Assembly (NCBI GenBank): GCA_043797125.1
Contig: JAZDPX010000038.1
Location: 4,071 to 68,070, forward strand
DNA: 64,000 nt
DNA from: Candidatus Omnitrophota bacterium
Lineage (GTDB): Bacteria; Omnitrophota; Gorgyraeia; JABMRG01; JAFGKX01
Direction of reading: 5' to 3'
Below are positions 37,918 to 49,209 of the stretch, piece after piece. Position 1 is the first letter of the stretch; every line of letters starts with the position of its first letter. The position numbers and the translations under genes were made by a program. The notes beneath the pieces were generated by a model, which worked only from the letters and a program-made list of their open reading frames with translations, did no database searches and was not told the origin of the DNA.

Positions 37918-38314
37918 TTCTTTCGCTCTCCAGGTAGTCCTGTAAAATAATTTGGGCTGCCAGCTTATCAATAATTGACTTTCTTTTCTTTCTGCTTATA
38001 TCAGCGGCTATCAAAATCCTCTCGCTTTGCGCCGTGCTTAGCCTTTCATCAAAGGTCACAATATTAATTTTAATATGTTTGCGCAATTCTTCTACAAATT
38101 TGCAGACTATATCAGTCTGGATACTGTTTCTCCCCTTTAGGGTTAAAGGCATTCCAACCACAATCTTGCCCACGTTATATCGCGTAATAAAATCTTTTAT
38201 GTTTTCCAAGTCTTTTTTGATGTTTTTTCGTTCAATAACATCTAAAGCGCTTGATATAGTTTTAGTTTCATCTGTCATTGCCACGCCTATTCTTTTTTCG
38301 CCCACATCAAGGGA
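37910..38314 (-). CDS. ruvX: Holliday-junction resolvase-like protein RuvX/YqgF.
   Basis: MSLDVGEKRIGVAMTD is the RNase H-like YqgF N-terminus. Confidence 0.8.
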   Translation of the reverse strand, partial: SLDVGEKRIGVAMTDETKTISSALDVIERKNIKKDLENIKDFITRYNVGKIVVGMPLTLKGRNSIQTDIVCKFVEELRKHIKINIVTFDERLSTAQSERILIAADISRKKRKSIIDKLAAQIILQDYLESERNA

Positions 38315-38331
38315 CATTATACGCTGGTGGT

Positions 38332-39432
38332 TCATAAAAACCCTTTCATTTTATTTCTTTCAATTTTTTCGACTAATTTCTTAACATATTCCGGATTTTT
38401 GCTTGTGCACACCAACGTAGCGTCTTTTGTGTGAACAATTATTAAATCCTTTACTCCGGCAACTGCTACAAGATGGCCCTTTTTGCTGAAAATTATGGAG
38501 CGCTGCGCGTCAACTAGCGCGCAAGGCCCTATAATAACGTTGCCTGATTTGTCGGTTTTAAGAATATCGAACAAATACTGCCATGAACCTACGTCATTCC
38601 ATTTTACAGATGATTTTACAATATAGACATCTCTGGATTTCTCCATTATTCCGTAATCAATAGACAAATCTGAAAAACCTTTGTATTGCCGGTTTAATGT
38701 TCTTGCAAACTCAGCCGTACCAATAGAAGCAGCTATGAGTTTTAACCCCATTGCAAGCTTTGGCATGTATAATTCTATCTCATCAAGAATCTTGGATGCC
38801 TTCATCACAAAAATACCGCTATTCCATAGATAATCCTTACTTTTGATAAGCGACTTTGCCTTTTGCTTGTTTGGCTTTTCCACGAAGCTGTCTACTGTGA
38901 AAACATCAGTGCCGGCTTTTTTGCCGGACTTTATATAACCAAAACTGCTTGATGCAAAGGCGGGCCTTATCCCTATGGTAACAATGGCATCTTTTTCTGT
39001 TGCTGTTTGCGCCGCTTTAAGAAGAGCCTTCTTAAGGGCTAACTTGCTTTGTGCGTTCTCTATGAGCTGGTCAGCCGGTAAAACCAGCATAACAGCGTCA
39101 GGATCCATCTTATTTATTAAAGTAGCCGCGAGGCCGATAGCAGCTGCGCTATTTTTGCTTACAGGCTCTGAAATTATATTCTTTCCCGGTATTTGAGGCA
39201 GTTGTCTTTTGACGCCTGCGGCCTGGGCCCTGTTGGTAATAACAAGGATATTTTTAGCGCTCATAATTTCGCGCAGCCTGTCATGCGCCTGCTGCAGAAG
39301 TGTTTTAGTCTGTCCCGGCAGTTTAAGAAAATACTTAGGGTTCTTCAGCCTGCTTACAGGCCAAAACCTCTTGCCCCTTCCTCCGGCGATTATAACACCA
39401 AACAGATTTGCGTCTTGCATTTTATACCTCAT
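38332..39432 (-). CDS. Mannose-1-phosphate guanylyltransferase (NTP-transferase family).
   Basis: GVIIAGGRGKRFWPVSR is the nucleotidyltransferase G-rich loop. The protein is 366 aa. Confidence 0.75.
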   Translation of the reverse strand: MRYKMQDANLFGVIIAGGRGKRFWPVSRLKNPKYFLKLPGQTKTLLQQAHDRLREIMSAKNILVITNRAQAAGVKRQLPQIPGKNIISEPVSKNSAAAIGLAATLINKMDPDAVMLVLPADQLIENAQSKLALKKALLKAAQTATEKDAIVTIGIRPAFASSSFGYIKSGKKAGTDVFTVDSFVEKPNKQKAKSLIKSKDYLWNSGIFVMKASKILDEIELYMPKLAMGLKLIAASIGTAEFARTLNRQYKGFSDLSIDYGIMEKSRDVYIVKSSVKWNDVGSWQYLFDILKTDKSGNVIIGPCALVDAQRSIIFSKKGHLVAVAGVKDLIIVHTKDATLVCTSKNPEYVKKLVEKIERNKMKGFL

Positions 39433-39439
39433 TTATAGC

Positions 39440-39535
39440 TTACCAATTACCAATTTCCAATTGGTCATTGGTAATTGGAAATTAATTTGACATTGGTCAT
39501 TGGTAATTGGAAATTAACTTCTTGATTAAACTAGC
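39440..39535. repeat. Tandem and palindromic CCAATTGG-type repeats (cattggtcattggtaattggaaattaa x2 plus an inverted copy).
   Basis: ccaattaccaatttccaattgg is followed by two copies of cattggtaattggaaattaa. They lie between the trpA stop and the manC-like start. Confidence 0.55.
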
Positions 39536-40294
39536 AACCGAATGCAATATTTTATCTCTATTACCTAAATTAGCCTCTATCTTTTTAATTATAGCGCTGC
39601 CGACGATAACTCCGTCGGCAAAAGAGCTAATCTGCTTAACCTGCGATGGCCTGGAAATTCCAAATCCCACGCAAACAGGCTTCTTTGTATATCTTTTTAT
39701 TCTTTTTACATCTGCACTTATGCCTGCAGGAAGACTTTCTCTTGCGCCGGTAACTCCTGTCAAGGAAACATAATATATGAATCCTGTTGATTTTGAAATA
39801 ATCTCCTTGATTTTAGGGGTTGTTGTGGTCGGGCTGATTAAAAAGATGCTTGAAAACCTAAATTTTCTTGATTGTTTAATAAAATCGCCTGCTTCTTCGA
39901 CGGGTAAATCGGGGATTATTGCCCCGTCAGCGCCTGCTGAAACAGCATCGCTGATAAAGTTAGTTAATCCATATCTTAATATCGGGTTATAATATCCCAT
40001 TAATACAATAGGGACTTGCGTCTTTTTTCTTAAACTTCTTATTAAGGTAAATATCTTCTTTAGGTATACGCCTTTCTTTAGAGCCCTTTGCGATGCTGCC
40101 TGAATTGTAGGCCCATCGGCTAAAGGATCTGAAAAAGGAACGCCCAACTCGATTATATCAGCGCCTGATGATTCAAGGATATATACAAGCTCTTCAGTTG
40201 TCCTTAAATCAGGATCTCCCGCGCATATGTAGGCAATAAACGCCTTCTTGCGCATCTTTTGTAGTTCTTTAAATTTTCTATCTATCCTGTTCAT
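39497..40294 (-). CDS. trpA: Tryptophan synthase alpha chain.
   Basis: The protein contains GADIIELGVPFSDPLADGPTIQ. Confidence 0.9.
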   Translation of the reverse strand: MNRIDRKFKELQKMRKKAFIAYICAGDPDLRTTEELVYILESSGADIIELGVPFSDPLADGPTIQAASQRALKKGVYLKKIFTLIRSLRKKTQVPIVLMGYYNPILRYGLTNFISDAVSAGADGAIIPDLPVEEAGDFIKQSRKFRFSSIFLISPTTTTPKIKEIISKSTGFIYYVSLTGVTGARESLPAGISADVKRIKRYTKKPVCVGFGISRPSQVKQISSFADGVIVGSAIIKKIEANLGNRDKILHSVASLIKKLISNYQ

Positions 40295-40310
40295 CTTTTG
40301 TTCTCATCAA

Positions 40311-40344
40311 CCATAGACCATAGACTATCGACCATAGACTATAT
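40311..40344. repeat. Intergenic repeat accatagaccatagactatcgaccatagactata (family shared with 46580..46614).
   Basis: Direct sub-repeats of gaccatagactat lie between trpB and trpA. Confidence 0.6.
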
Positions 40345-41511
40345 ATATTCTTTCAATATATCAACATCCTTATCCCCTCTACCTGACAAGCATACCACGA
40401 CAATTTCGCCCTTCTTCGTCTTGGGCATAAGCGTTTTAAGATACGCAACAGCATGCGCAGTTTCCAAAGCAGGTATAATACCTTCTGTCCTTGAAAGCAG
40501 CTTAACTGCCTCTAATGCCTGCTTATCAGTAACAGCGGCATATTGCGCGCGCTTTGTCTTTTTGTAAAAGGCATGCTCCGGACCGACTCCCGGATAATCG
40601 AGCCCGGCTGACACTGAATGCGCAATCTTTATCTGGCCGTCTTTATCCTGCAGCAAATAACTTTTTGAACCATGCAACACTCCGATATCCCCTTTTAATA
40701 ACGTGGCTGCGTGTTTGCCGCTTTTAATGCTTATACCTGCCGCTTCAACACCGATAAATTTTGCTTTTGTTTTATAAAACGGGTAAAATAATCCAAGAGA
40801 ATTGCTTCCGCCTCCCACGCAGGCAAGAAGGTAATCCGGAATTTTCTCTCCGATCATTTTAAGTTGTCTTTTAGTCTCAATGCCGATAATTGACTGGAAA
40901 TCCCTTACCATCATAGGATACGGATGCGGGCCGACAACCGAACCGATTATGTAATGAGTATCGGAAACATTCGTAACCCAATCTCTGATTGCCTCATTTG
41001 TAGCGTCCTTTAAGGTGCGCGAACCGCTGTCAACAGGTAAAACTTGTGCTCCTAATAATTTCATGCGCAGGACATTAAGCTGCTGGCGCTTGATATCATC
41101 AGTCCCCATGTATATATCGCACTTTAATCCGAACACTGCCGCGACAGTGGCAACAGCCACGCCGTGCTGACCTGCGCCTGTTTCAGCTATGAGCCTTGGT
41201 TTTTTCATTCGCACTGCCAGTAGCCCCTGTCCTAATGCATTATTTATCTTGTGCGCGCCTGTATGGCACAGGTCCTCTCTCTTAAGATATATCTTTGCCT
41301 TATCCCAGAGCGCTGTGAGATTTTGTGCATAATAAAGCGAAGTAGGCCTTCCGGCGTACTGGCGCAGATAATAATCAAGTTTATTTTTAAACGCCTTATC
41401 ATGTTTGGCGTTATTATATTCCTGCTCCAGCTGCCTTAAGGCGCTCATCAAAGTCTCCGGCACGTATTTACCGCCGAATATTCCGAAATACCCTCTCTTA
41501 TCTGGCAGCAT
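40339..41511 (-). CDS. trpB: Tryptophan synthase beta chain.
   Basis: [13 protein letters not shown] is the PLP-lysine motif. The probable start is [10 protein letters not shown]; the track start is 41565. Confidence 0.9.
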   Translation of the reverse strand: MLPDKRGYFGIFGGKYVPETLMSALRQLEQEYNNAKHDKAFKNKLDYYLRQYAGRPTSLYYAQNLTALWDKAKIYLKREDLCHTGAHKINNALGQGLLAVRMKKPRLIAETGAGQHGVAVATVAAVFGLKCDIYMGTDDIKRQQLNVLRMKLLGAQVLPVDSGSRTLKDATNEAIRDWVTNVSDTHYIIGSVVGPHPYPMMVRDFQSIIGIETKRQLKMIGEKIPDYLLACVGGGSNSLGLFYPFYKTKAKFIGVEAAGISIKSGKHAATLLKGDIGVLHGSKSYLLQDKDGQIKIAHSVSAGLDYPGVGPEHAFYKKTKRAQYAAVTDKQALEAVKLLSRTEGIIPALETAHAVAYLKTLMPKTKKGEIVVVCLSGRGDKDVDILKEYI

Positions 41512-42748
41512 CTTTTTCCTTTCCAAGATTCGCAAAAACATACGCGAAGACCTTGGTCGTGTCAATTAAACTTTTAATAGTAACATACTCATCGTTTGCA
41601 TGGCAGCGGTTGCCGCCTGAAACTGAATACCCTATGCACGGCGTACCTTTAGCCATTAAGAATCTCATATCTGTTGCGCCTGACATTATTGCCAATTTAG
41701 CGTTTTTTCCTGTTACAGACTTTATTGCCATGGTAAATGATTTTGAAAGACTACTATAGGGGTTACTGACTGCGCAGTTCTGCTGTAACAGTATTTCAAC
41801 TTTTATATTTAAATCCTTTACATGTTTTTTTGCGCTTTTTATGCATTCGTAAATTTCATTTTTTACTGCCTGCAGATTTTCTTCCGGCAAAAACCTTCTG
41901 TCTATGGTAAAACCGGATGAGTTGGGAACAATATTTGTTTTTTCGCCGCCCCAAGACACGCCGCCTAAAACCATGGTTGAAAACCTGTCCCTAGCGTCTT
42001 TAACTGAATATGCGGTCCTGCGCCTTGAAATCTTTTTATTAAGCTTCATAAGTTCGTTGACGACAAAATTCATTTTTTCAAATGAATTAATTCCCATATG
42101 AGGTTTGGATGCATGAGCAGCCTTACCCGCAATTTGAACTTTAAGCCACACAACGCCTTTGTTGCCGTATGATAAACACCTGCCTGAATAACCTTCTGTT
42201 ATGCCGTAATCTGCCTTTACAAGGCCCTTTTTAACAAGATAGCCAAAACCGGTTTCGCCGCCTGTTTCTTCATCAGGCACAAAAGAAAACTGCAAATTGC
42301 ATCCCGGCCTTATGTTATACTTTTTCAGAGCACAAACTGCCGTCAAATAACATGCTATGCTGGCTTTCATGTCTTCGGTGCCTCTGGCATAGATTTTTTC
42401 GTTTTTTATCACAGGCTTAAAAGGGTTTGTTTTCCACCCGCCTGCGCAAGGCACAACGTCATAATGGGCATTTATATGAATGGTCTTATCGCAACCGCTA
42501 TCCCAATCCGCAATAAGACATACCCGTTTTTTATGAATGTCAATTTTATATTTTTCTAGCTCTGGATCTGCAACTTTTATTTTATTGGTTTTTAACCCGG
42601 CCTGCTTGCACCGTTGCTCAAGTAAGTTTACAATTAGGTCATAATTATCTCCGGGAGGGTTAAGCGTAGGAATTGACACCAATTCCTTAACTAATCCGAC
42701 TAGTTTGCCTTTTTGGGATTCTATGTATTTATTAACAGCATCAAGCAT
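41498..42748 (-). CDS. M20-family metallopeptidase (ArgE/DapE-like deacylase).
   Basis: The protein contains [10 protein letters not shown] and GTEDMKAS. It is embedded in the trp gene cluster. Confidence 0.75.
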   Translation of the reverse strand: MLDAVNKYIESQKGKLVGLVKELVSIPTLNPPGDNYDLIVNLLEQRCKQAGLKTNKIKVADPELEKYKIDIHKKRVCLIADWDSGCDKTIHINAHYDVVPCAGGWKTNPFKPVIKNEKIYARGTEDMKASIACYLTAVCALKKYNIRPGCNLQFSFVPDEETGGETGFGYLVKKGLVKADYGITEGYSGRCLSYGNKGVVWLKVQIAGKAAHASKPHMGINSFEKMNFVVNELMKLNKKISRRRTAYSVKDARDRFSTMVLGGVSWGGEKTNIVPNSSGFTIDRRFLPEENLQAVKNEIYECIKSAKKHVKDLNIKVEILLQQNCAVSNPYSSLSKSFTMAIKSVTGKNAKLAIMSGATDMRFLMAKGTPCIGYSVSGGNRCHANDEYVTIKSLIDTTKVFAYVFANLGKEKDAAR

Positions 42749-43589
42749 TCAGCACTAACCTCTGTAGCCTTTCTATCCTGTCCTCTAAAGGCGGATGAGT
42801 ACTAAATAGCTTAACAATGCCCGCACCGCTTAAAGGGCTTACTATAAAAAGATGCGCGCTGCTTGGGTTTGCCTCATGCATCGGTATCTGTTTTGAAGCT
42901 TGAACAAGTTTTTTTAATGCGCTGGCTAAGGAAAGCGGCGCGTTTGATATGCGGGCCCCGCTTTCATCTGCCTGGTATTCTCTTGCTCGCGATATAGCCA
43001 GCTGTATAAGCGTTGCGGCGATTGGGGCTATTGCGCTCATTATTAAAATTCCCAGCGCGTTAGCGCCATTTCTGCGGTCTCTTGATCCGGCGAACGCAGC
43101 CCATCTTGCTGTATAGGCAATCATGGAAATCGCCCCGGCTATTGTGGCGACAACTGTCTGGATAAGAATGTCCCTGTTTTTCACATGCGCAATCTCGTGC
43201 GCTAAAACACCGCGCAGCTCATCATCGTTGAGAATATTCAAAATGCCTTGCGTAAACGCGACTGTTGCGTGTTTCGGGTCTCTGCCTGTGGCAAAGGCGT
43301 TCGGCGACTGCGTTGGTATCAAATAAATTTTCGGCATAGGTATATTAGCTTGCCTGGACAAGCCTGCAACTATTCTGTAAACATTCGGAAATTCAGTTTC
43401 AGTTACCGGCTTTGCCCTATACATAGCAAGTACTATCTTGTCAGAAAACCAGTAGCTTACAAAGTTCATGATTAAGGCAAAGATAAACGCTACAAAAACT
43501 CCGTCTCTGCCGCCCAACATCGCGCCGAGCGATATGAACAAAACAGTCAGCAGAGTCATAAGAAAAGCTGTTTTAAAAAAGTTCTTCAT
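42741..43589 (-). CDS. htpX: Protease HtpX (M48 membrane zinc protease).
   Basis: [10 protein letters not shown] is the HExxH motif. N-terminal transmembrane helices are present. Confidence 0.85.
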   Translation of the reverse strand: MKNFFKTAFLMTLLTVLFISLGAMLGGRDGVFVAFIFALIMNFVSYWFSDKIVLAMYRAKPVTETEFPNVYRIVAGLSRQANIPMPKIYLIPTQSPNAFATGRDPKHATVAFTQGILNILNDDELRGVLAHEIAHVKNRDILIQTVVATIAGAISMIAYTARWAAFAGSRDRRNGANALGILIMSAIAPIAATLIQLAISRAREYQADESGARISNAPLSLASALKKLVQASKQIPMHEANPSSAHLFIVSPLSGAGIVKLFSTHPPLEDRIERLQRLVLNA

Positions 43590-44200
43590 TTTTTGACTAC
43601 CTCCATAAATTTTTTAATAAGTTCCGGGTCTTTTTTCCCCGGTGAAATTTCAACGCCGCTTGACACATCGACCATAAACGGCTCTACAACCCTTATTGCC
43701 TCTTCCACATTTTCGGGATTTAACCCGCCTGATAATATAATGGGAATCTTGTATGACTTTGCTTCCTTTGCAAGTTCCCAATTAAATTTTTCTCCTGTGC
43801 CGCCGTATGCGTCTTCCTTAAACGCATCGAGCAAAAAATAATTTACTTCGTACAGGCTTAAGGCCTTTATAGATTGCGCGTCTTTAACTCTTACTGCTTT
43901 AATAACGGCTTTATTAAAACTGCCGCAATATTGCGGCGTTTCTTCACCGTGAAATTGCAAGATGCCTATTTCCTTAATCTGGTTTAAGATGGCACGGACA
44001 TTTTCCTCTTTCTCGTTGACAAACAGCGCTACCTTCTCTACGTGCTGCGGCAAATTAGAAATAATATCCAAAGCCCTTTTCGGCGATATATAACGAGGGC
44101 TTTTTTTGTAAAAGACAAACCCGAGCATATCAGCCCCCATGCCGGTTGCTGCCTGCGCATCGTCGAGATTAGTTATGCCGCATACCTTTACCTTAACCAT
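43586..44200 (-). CDS. trpF: Phosphoribosylanthranilate isomerase.
   Basis: The N-terminus is [18 protein letters not shown]. Confidence 0.85.
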   Translation of the reverse strand: MVKVKVCGITNLDDAQAATGMGADMLGFVFYKKSPRYISPKRALDIISNLPQHVEKVALFVNEKEENVRAILNQIKEIGILQFHGEETPQYCGSFNKAVIKAVRVKDAQSIKALSLYEVNYFLLDAFKEDAYGGTGEKFNWELAKEAKSYKIPIILSGGLNPENVEEAIRVVEPFMVDVSSGVEISPGKKDPELIKKFMEVVKK

Positions 44201-44201
44201 A

Positions 44202-44981
44202 CTAATGCCCTATAATCTCCTTCACTTTTGCTTTTATGTCCTGCGCATCCATAAATGCCTCGCCAACTAATACCGCGTTTGCGCCTAGGCTTTTGTAAAA
44301 CATCACGTCAGAATTTGATTTTATACCGCTTTCTATGACTATTGTCTTGCTTCTTGGTACAAGGCCAATAAGGTTTTCGCCAGTTTTATGGTTCAGTTTA
44401 AATGTATGCAGGTCCCTGTTATTGATTCCTATAATGTCCGCGTCAGCCTTTAAAATTTTATCCAGGTCTTCGTCGCTGTGCGCCTCAACTAACGACTGCA
44501 GGCCTAAAGAAGCGGCAATCGCCATAAATTTTTTTATCTGGTCTTTAGAAAGTATATCGGCGATGAGAAGAACCGCGTCTGCCCCGTAATAACATGATTC
44601 GTATATCTGATATTCATCGATAATAAAATCTTTTCTTAATACAGGCAGGGTGCACACTTCTTTAATCTTGTTTATATAACCTAAAGAACCCAGGAAAAAC
44701 TTTTCCTCGGTAAGCACTGATATTGCGTTTGCGCCGCTTAACTGATATATCTTTGCAATCTCCTGCGGGTTGAAGTCCTCCCTTATAACGCCTCTGCTCG
44801 GAGAGGCCTTTTTCATCTCTGCAATCAAGCTTATATCAGAGCGCCTGTATATTGCGGATTTAAAATCCCTGATTGCCGTTTTTGCGCGCGCGCATTTATC
44901 GGCAAGCTGGTGCAAAGGCATGCTTTTCTTTGCCTTTGCTATTGCCTTTTCCTTTTCTTCCAATATTTGAGCGAGCATCAT
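44202..44981 (-). CDS. trpC: Indole-3-glycerol phosphate synthase.
   Basis: The protein contains IAEMKKASPSRGVI and LTEEKFFLGS. Confidence 0.9.
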   Translation of the reverse strand: MMLAQILEEKEKAIAKAKKSMPLHQLADKCARAKTAIRDFKSAIYRRSDISLIAEMKKASPSRGVIREDFNPQEIAKIYQLSGANAISVLTEEKFFLGSLGYINKIKEVCTLPVLRKDFIIDEYQIYESCYYGADAVLLIADILSKDQIKKFMAIAASLGLQSLVEAHSDEDLDKILKADADIIGINNRDLHTFKLNHKTGENLIGLVPRSKTIVIESGIKSNSDVMFYKSLGANAVLVGEAFMDAQDIKAKVKEIIGH

Positions 44982-46004
44982 TTATATATGCTGGTTGCTA
45001 AACTTTACTAAACTATTTAATTTTTGCAGGGCAGCCCCGGTATCTATAGATCTTTGCGCCGACTTAATCGCCTCTTTAATGCTTTTTGCGCCGCCTGCAG
45101 CGTAAATTGCGTAAGCGGCATTCAGCAAGACAACGTCTCTTTTAGGACCTTTTTCGCCTTTTAAAACCCCCAAAACAGACTTTGCATTATACACGACGCT
45201 GCCGCCCTTTATCTTTTCCAGGTCAGCCCTTTTAAAACCATGGTCTTGCGGTGAAATCATATATGTTTTTATCTTTTTATTCTTTAGTTCTGAAACCTGC
45301 GTCTCGGCGCTTATGGAAATTTCATCCACGCCTTCGAGCCCGTAAACAACAAACGCACGTTTTAATCCCAGATTTTTTAACACGCAAGCCATAATTTTTG
45401 TTAGGCTCCTATCATAAACGCCTAAGACCTGACAGGTGGCATTGGCAGGGTTTGATAGAGGCCCTAGAATATTAAAGATAGTTCTTATCCCTATTGCCTT
45501 TCTTACCCCGGCTGCATATTTCATCGCGCTGTGATATAATGGCGCGAATAAAAATCCTATGCCGATTTCCTCTATGCATTTTTGCGTTTGTTCAGGGTTG
45601 AGATTTAAGTTTACACCAAGTTGTTCCAGCACGTCTGCGCTGCCGCAGGAGCTTGAAATGTGTCTATTGCCATGCTTGGCCACTTTTATTTCACAGCCGG
45701 CAACGACAAAAGCTGAAGTTGTTGATATATTAAAAGTATTTGCTCCGCTGCCCCCTGTGCCGCATGTATCAACGACGCAGCCTGCCACATTAATCTTGGT
45801 TGCAAATTGGCGCATTACCTTAGCAGCAGCAGTTATCTCATCGACACTTTCACCTTTAATGCGCAATGCTGTAATAAATGCGCTTATCTGCTCGGGGCAA
45901 GCCTTACCCTGCATTATTTCTTCAAAGGCGCCCGAGGTTTCTTTTTGCGTCAGGTCCCTGCATAAAACAAGTTTTGCAATCGCTTCTTTTATCATTTCGC
46001 GCAC
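44982..46004 (-). CDS. trpD: Anthranilate phosphoribosyltransferase.
   Basis: The protein contains GTGGSGANTFNISTTSAFVVAG and HGNRHISSSCGSADVLE. Confidence 0.9.
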   Translation of the reverse strand: MREMIKEAIAKLVLCRDLTQKETSGAFEEIMQGKACPEQISAFITALRIKGESVDEITAAAKVMRQFATKINVAGCVVDTCGTGGSGANTFNISTTSAFVVAGCEIKVAKHGNRHISSSCGSADVLEQLGVNLNLNPEQTQKCIEEIGIGFLFAPLYHSAMKYAAGVRKAIGIRTIFNILGPLSNPANATCQVLGVYDRSLTKIMACVLKNLGLKRAFVVYGLEGVDEISISAETQVSELKNKKIKTYMISPQDHGFKRADLEKIKGGSVVYNAKSVLGVLKGEKGPKRDVVLLNAAYAIYAAGGAKSIKEAIKSAQRSIDTGAALQKLNSLVKFSNQHI

Positions 46005-46561
46005 TCCAGGAAATTTTTTAATATACGCTTACCCTCGATGGTAAGCACGGATTCGGGATGAAACTGCACTCCCCATATCGGATATTTTTTGTGCTGTATT
46101 GCCATAACCTCTTTTTCCTTGGTCTCGCCTATAATCCTCAGGCAGCCGGGTAAATTTTTCTTCTCGGCAATAAGCGAGTGGTACCTGGTTGCCTCAAACG
46201 GGTTTGGCACATTCTTAAAAATGGTTTTGCCGTTATGGTAAATATGCGATGTCTTGCCGTGCATGAGCCTTTTCGCGCAAGTTATCTTGCCGCCAAAAAC
46301 TTGCGCTATGCACTGATGCCCGAGGCAAACACCCAGAATCGGTACCCCTCCTGCAAAAGCAATAATTGCCTCATTCGAAATGCCGGCATCCTGCGGCCTG
46401 CCAGGCCCCGGCGAGATAACAATATACTTTGGTTTAAGGCTTTTTAACTTACCTATACCGACTTTGTCGTTTCTAAAAACAATCAGCTTTTGTTTCAGCT
46501 CGCCGAAATATTGAACAAGGTTATACGTAAATGAATCGTAATTATCGATTACTATTAGCAT
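45992..46561 (-). CDS. trpG: Anthranilate synthase component II (glutamine amidotransferase).
   Basis: GVCLGHQ is the catalytic Cys. The protein is 189 aa. Confidence 0.9.
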   Translation of the reverse strand: MLIVIDNYDSFTYNLVQYFGELKQKLIVFRNDKVGIGKLKSLKPKYIVISPGPGRPQDAGISNEAIIAFAGGVPILGVCLGHQCIAQVFGGKITCAKRLMHGKTSHIYHNGKTIFKNVPNPFEATRYHSLIAEKKNLPGCLRIIGETKEKEVMAIQHKKYPIWGVQFHPESVLTIEGKRILKNFLECAK

Positions 46562-46579
46562 CTTCCCCCCAATTACAGA

Positions 46580-46614
46580 CCATCAACTATAGACTATCGA
46601 CCATCGACTATACT
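46580..46614. repeat. Intergenic repeat gaccatcaactatagactatcgaccatcgactata (family shared with 40311..40344).
   Basis: It lies between the trpE stop and the trpG RBS, and overlaps the trpE stop codon. Confidence 0.6.
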
Positions 46615-48083
46615 TTCGCTGCGGCAATAGCGTTAAGCAGAGCCTGAGCCTTATTTTGAGTCTCCTTATATTCCCTACCAGGCACTGAATCAGCGACAAT
46701 TCCGGCACCTGCCTGCACATATGCAGTATTGTCTTTTATTAAAATTGTCCTTATGGCAATACCTGTATCGAGATTTCCTGAAAAGGAAAAGTATCCTACG
46801 CAGCCTGCATAAACTCCCCTTTTTGTGTTTTCCAATTCATCTATTATCTGCATAGCCCTGATTTTCGGAGCGCCTGCTACCGTACCGGCAGGAAAAGCGG
46901 CGCGCAAGACATCGAACGCGTCTTTGTCCTTTTTAAGAATTCCCGTGCAATCGCTAACAATATGCATTACATGCGAATATTTCTCTATAACCATGAACTC
47001 ATCAACTTTAACAGAACCTGATTTACATACCCTTCCAAGGTCGTTTCTTGCCAAATCAACAAGCATTAAATGTTCCGCGCATTCCTTCTTGTCAGAAAGC
47101 AGGTCCTTTATCAGCATGGCGTCCTGTTTTGAGTCTTTGCCTCTTTTGCGCGTCCCTGCAATGGGCCTTAACCGTACAATACCGTCTTCTGATCTGACCA
47201 TAACTTCCGGTGAAGAGCCAACAAGTTTCAATTTGTCGAATGAAAGATAAAACATATACGGTGACGGGTTTATTGAACGAAGCGCCCTATAAACATCCAA
47301 CGGGTTTTTGGTAAAATGAGTTTTAAACCTCTGCGAAATAACCACCTGAATAATATCGCCCTTCTTTATATAATCTTTTGCCTTCCGCACCGCTTTCAAG
47401 AAAGAGGCTTTTCTAAAATTTGATTTAATCTTCAACGGCTCGGGGTTATATTCAAGCTGCCCGATTACCTCTTTTGTAGGGCTGCTTAATTTTGTTATTA
47501 TTTCCTCGATATTTTTTATCGCCTTGTCATATTGTTTCAGCAAATATCTTTTTGACCTTGACTGCAAATACGCGTTGGAAACAACCTTTATTTTGTGCGT
47601 TACATGATCAAATATCAGGATTGTATCTGTCAGCATCAAAACAGCGTCATCCAGCTTAAGGTCATCCTTGCATGTATCAGGTATATCTTCGAAAAACCTT
47701 ATGCAATCATACCCTATGTATCCGACAAGCCCGCCGTAAAAACGGGGCAGGCCTTTTACGGGGGAGGTTTTGAATTTACGCATAAACTTTTTTAAATAAG
47801 CGAAAGGCTCATCCATGTAGCAGGTGTCTTTTTTGGATTTCTGCCTTACAATAATCTGTCTTCCTTTTATGTAAATAACTGTTGACGGATTGCTTCCCAG
47901 GAAAGAATATCTCGCTATCCTTTCCTCGCCCTCTACGGATTCAAGCAAAAAAGAGTTTTTACTGTTTATCTTTTTGTACGCCAGTAATGGCGTTAAAAAA
48001 TCAGCGAAGATTTCTTTATAAACAGGTATTAAATTCGCCGTTTTTGCCTTTTTTATAAATTCTTTTTTGTTTGGGAAATACAC
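46608..48083 (-). CDS. trpE: Anthranilate synthase component I.
   Basis: The C-terminus is the chorismate-binding domain GYFSFSGNLDTGIAIRT. Confidence 0.9.
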   Translation of the reverse strand: MYFPNKKEFIKKAKTANLIPVYKEIFADFLTPLLAYKKINSKNSFLLESVEGEERIARYSFLGSNPSTVIYIKGRQIIVRQKSKKDTCYMDEPFAYLKKFMRKFKTSPVKGLPRFYGGLVGYIGYDCIRFFEDIPDTCKDDLKLDDAVLMLTDTILIFDHVTHKIKVVSNAYLQSRSKRYLLKQYDKAIKNIEEIITKLSSPTKEVIGQLEYNPEPLKIKSNFRKASFLKAVRKAKDYIKKGDIIQVVISQRFKTHFTKNPLDVYRALRSINPSPYMFYLSFDKLKLVGSSPEVMVRSEDGIVRLRPIAGTRKRGKDSKQDAMLIKDLLSDKKECAEHLMLVDLARNDLGRVCKSGSVKVDEFMVIEKYSHVMHIVSDCTGILKKDKDAFDVLRAAFPAGTVAGAPKIRAMQIIDELENTKRGVYAGCVGYFSFSGNLDTGIAIRTILIKDNTAYVQAGAGIVADSVPGREYKETQNKAQALLNAIAAAKV

Positions 48084-48091
48084 TTTATCCT

Positions 48092-48475
48092 TTAACCTTT
48101 TCTATAAATCTTATCCGGGTCAAATACCTTTTTTGCAATCTCTTTAACGCCGTCTTCTGAAACCTGCCTGTAAAAACAGCTCCTGTGGCCAGTGTGGCAG
48201 GCTGCTGTCTTTTGCATAACCTTAATAAGCAGGCAATCCATATCGCAATCTACATATATTGCCTTTACAGACTGCGTGAATCCGGAAGTCTCCCCCTTAA
48301 GCCAGATCCTATTTCTTGAACGGGAAAAAAAATGCACCTTGCCTGTTTCAAGGGTGTTTATTATAGATTCCTTGTTCATAAACCCAACCATCAATACTTC
48401 TCTTGTCCATATGCTTTGTATAACAGCGGGCATAAGGCCTTTTTCATCAAATTTTAAATTTTCAATCCAGCTCAT
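48092..48475 (-). CDS. hisI: Phosphoribosyl-AMP cyclohydrolase.
   Basis: 127 aa with cyclohydrolase Cys motifs (TAACHTGHRSCFYR). Confidence 0.85.
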   Translation of the reverse strand: MSWIENLKFDEKGLMPAVIQSIWTREVLMVGFMNKESIINTLETGKVHFFSRSRNRIWLKGETSGFTQSVKAIYVDCDMDCLLIKVMQKTAACHTGHRSCFYRQVSEDGVKEIAKKVFDPDKIYRKG

Positions 48476-49194
48476 TTGACCACCTCGTTTGCTTGCGCTA
48501 AAGTGAACGCTCCCTCGTACAATGCCTTTCCAACAATAACTCCGGATAAGTTTTTTTTGCCTAACGCTTTAAGGGATTTGATATCATCTAATGAGGAAAT
48601 GCCCCCTGACACTATAACGTCATAGCTTACGCTATCCAGTACTTCTTTTATAGAATCCATATTCGGGCCTGTCATTGTTCCGTCTTTTAATATATCCGTG
48701 AAGATAATGCAAGAAATGCCGATCTCCCCAATTCTTATTGCCAGGGCTTTTGCATCAATAGCTGTCTGTGTCTTCCACCCCTCTGAAATAATTTTTCCCT
48801 TTACAGCGTCAATGCTTACGGCTATTTGATTAGGATACTTTTTTACCAGCCTTTTTAAGAAGGCTTCATCCTTATATGCCCTTGTGCCAAGAACAGCCCT
48901 TTTTATCCCGCATGCTAATGCCTTATCAACCTCTGATTCGCTGCGTAAGCCTCCGCCTAATTCTACTAGTATGCGCAGGCTGGAAACTATTTCTTTTACA
49001 TACGACAAATTGCTGCTTCTGCCTGAATATGCTCCGTCTAAATCTACGATGTGCAGCATGAGGGCGCCCTCTTTCTCCCATCTTTTCGCCATATTGACAG
49101 GATCTCCGGAATAAACTGTCTCCTTGGTAAAATCCCCCTGAATAAGACGCACTACCCTTCCGGTACGTATATCTATTGCTGGTATAACGATCAT
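48472..49194 (-). CDS. hisA: ProFAR isomerase (HisA).
   Basis: The N-terminus is MIVIPAIDIRTGRVVRL. It has a (beta/alpha)8 fold. Confidence 0.85.
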   Translation of the reverse strand: MIVIPAIDIRTGRVVRLIQGDFTKETVYSGDPVNMAKRWEKEGALMLHIVDLDGAYSGRSSNLSYVKEIVSSLRILVELGGGLRSESEVDKALACGIKRAVLGTRAYKDEAFLKRLVKKYPNQIAVSIDAVKGKIISEGWKTQTAIDAKALAIRIGEIGISCIIFTDILKDGTMTGPNMDSIKEVLDSVSYDVIVSGGISSLDDIKSLKALGKKNLSGVIVGKALYEGAFTLAQANEVVK

Positions 49195-49209
49195 AGAAAT
49201 TCCTTAATT

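Noticed and set aside
40306-40345. The possibility that the UAG/UGG-rich trp intergenic repeats are a TRAP-like binding site.
   Set aside because: The spacing (4 nt) and the triplet identities (UGG rather than GAG) do not fit the known (G/U)AG-N2-3 TRAP pattern. I kept them only as an unexplained repeat family.
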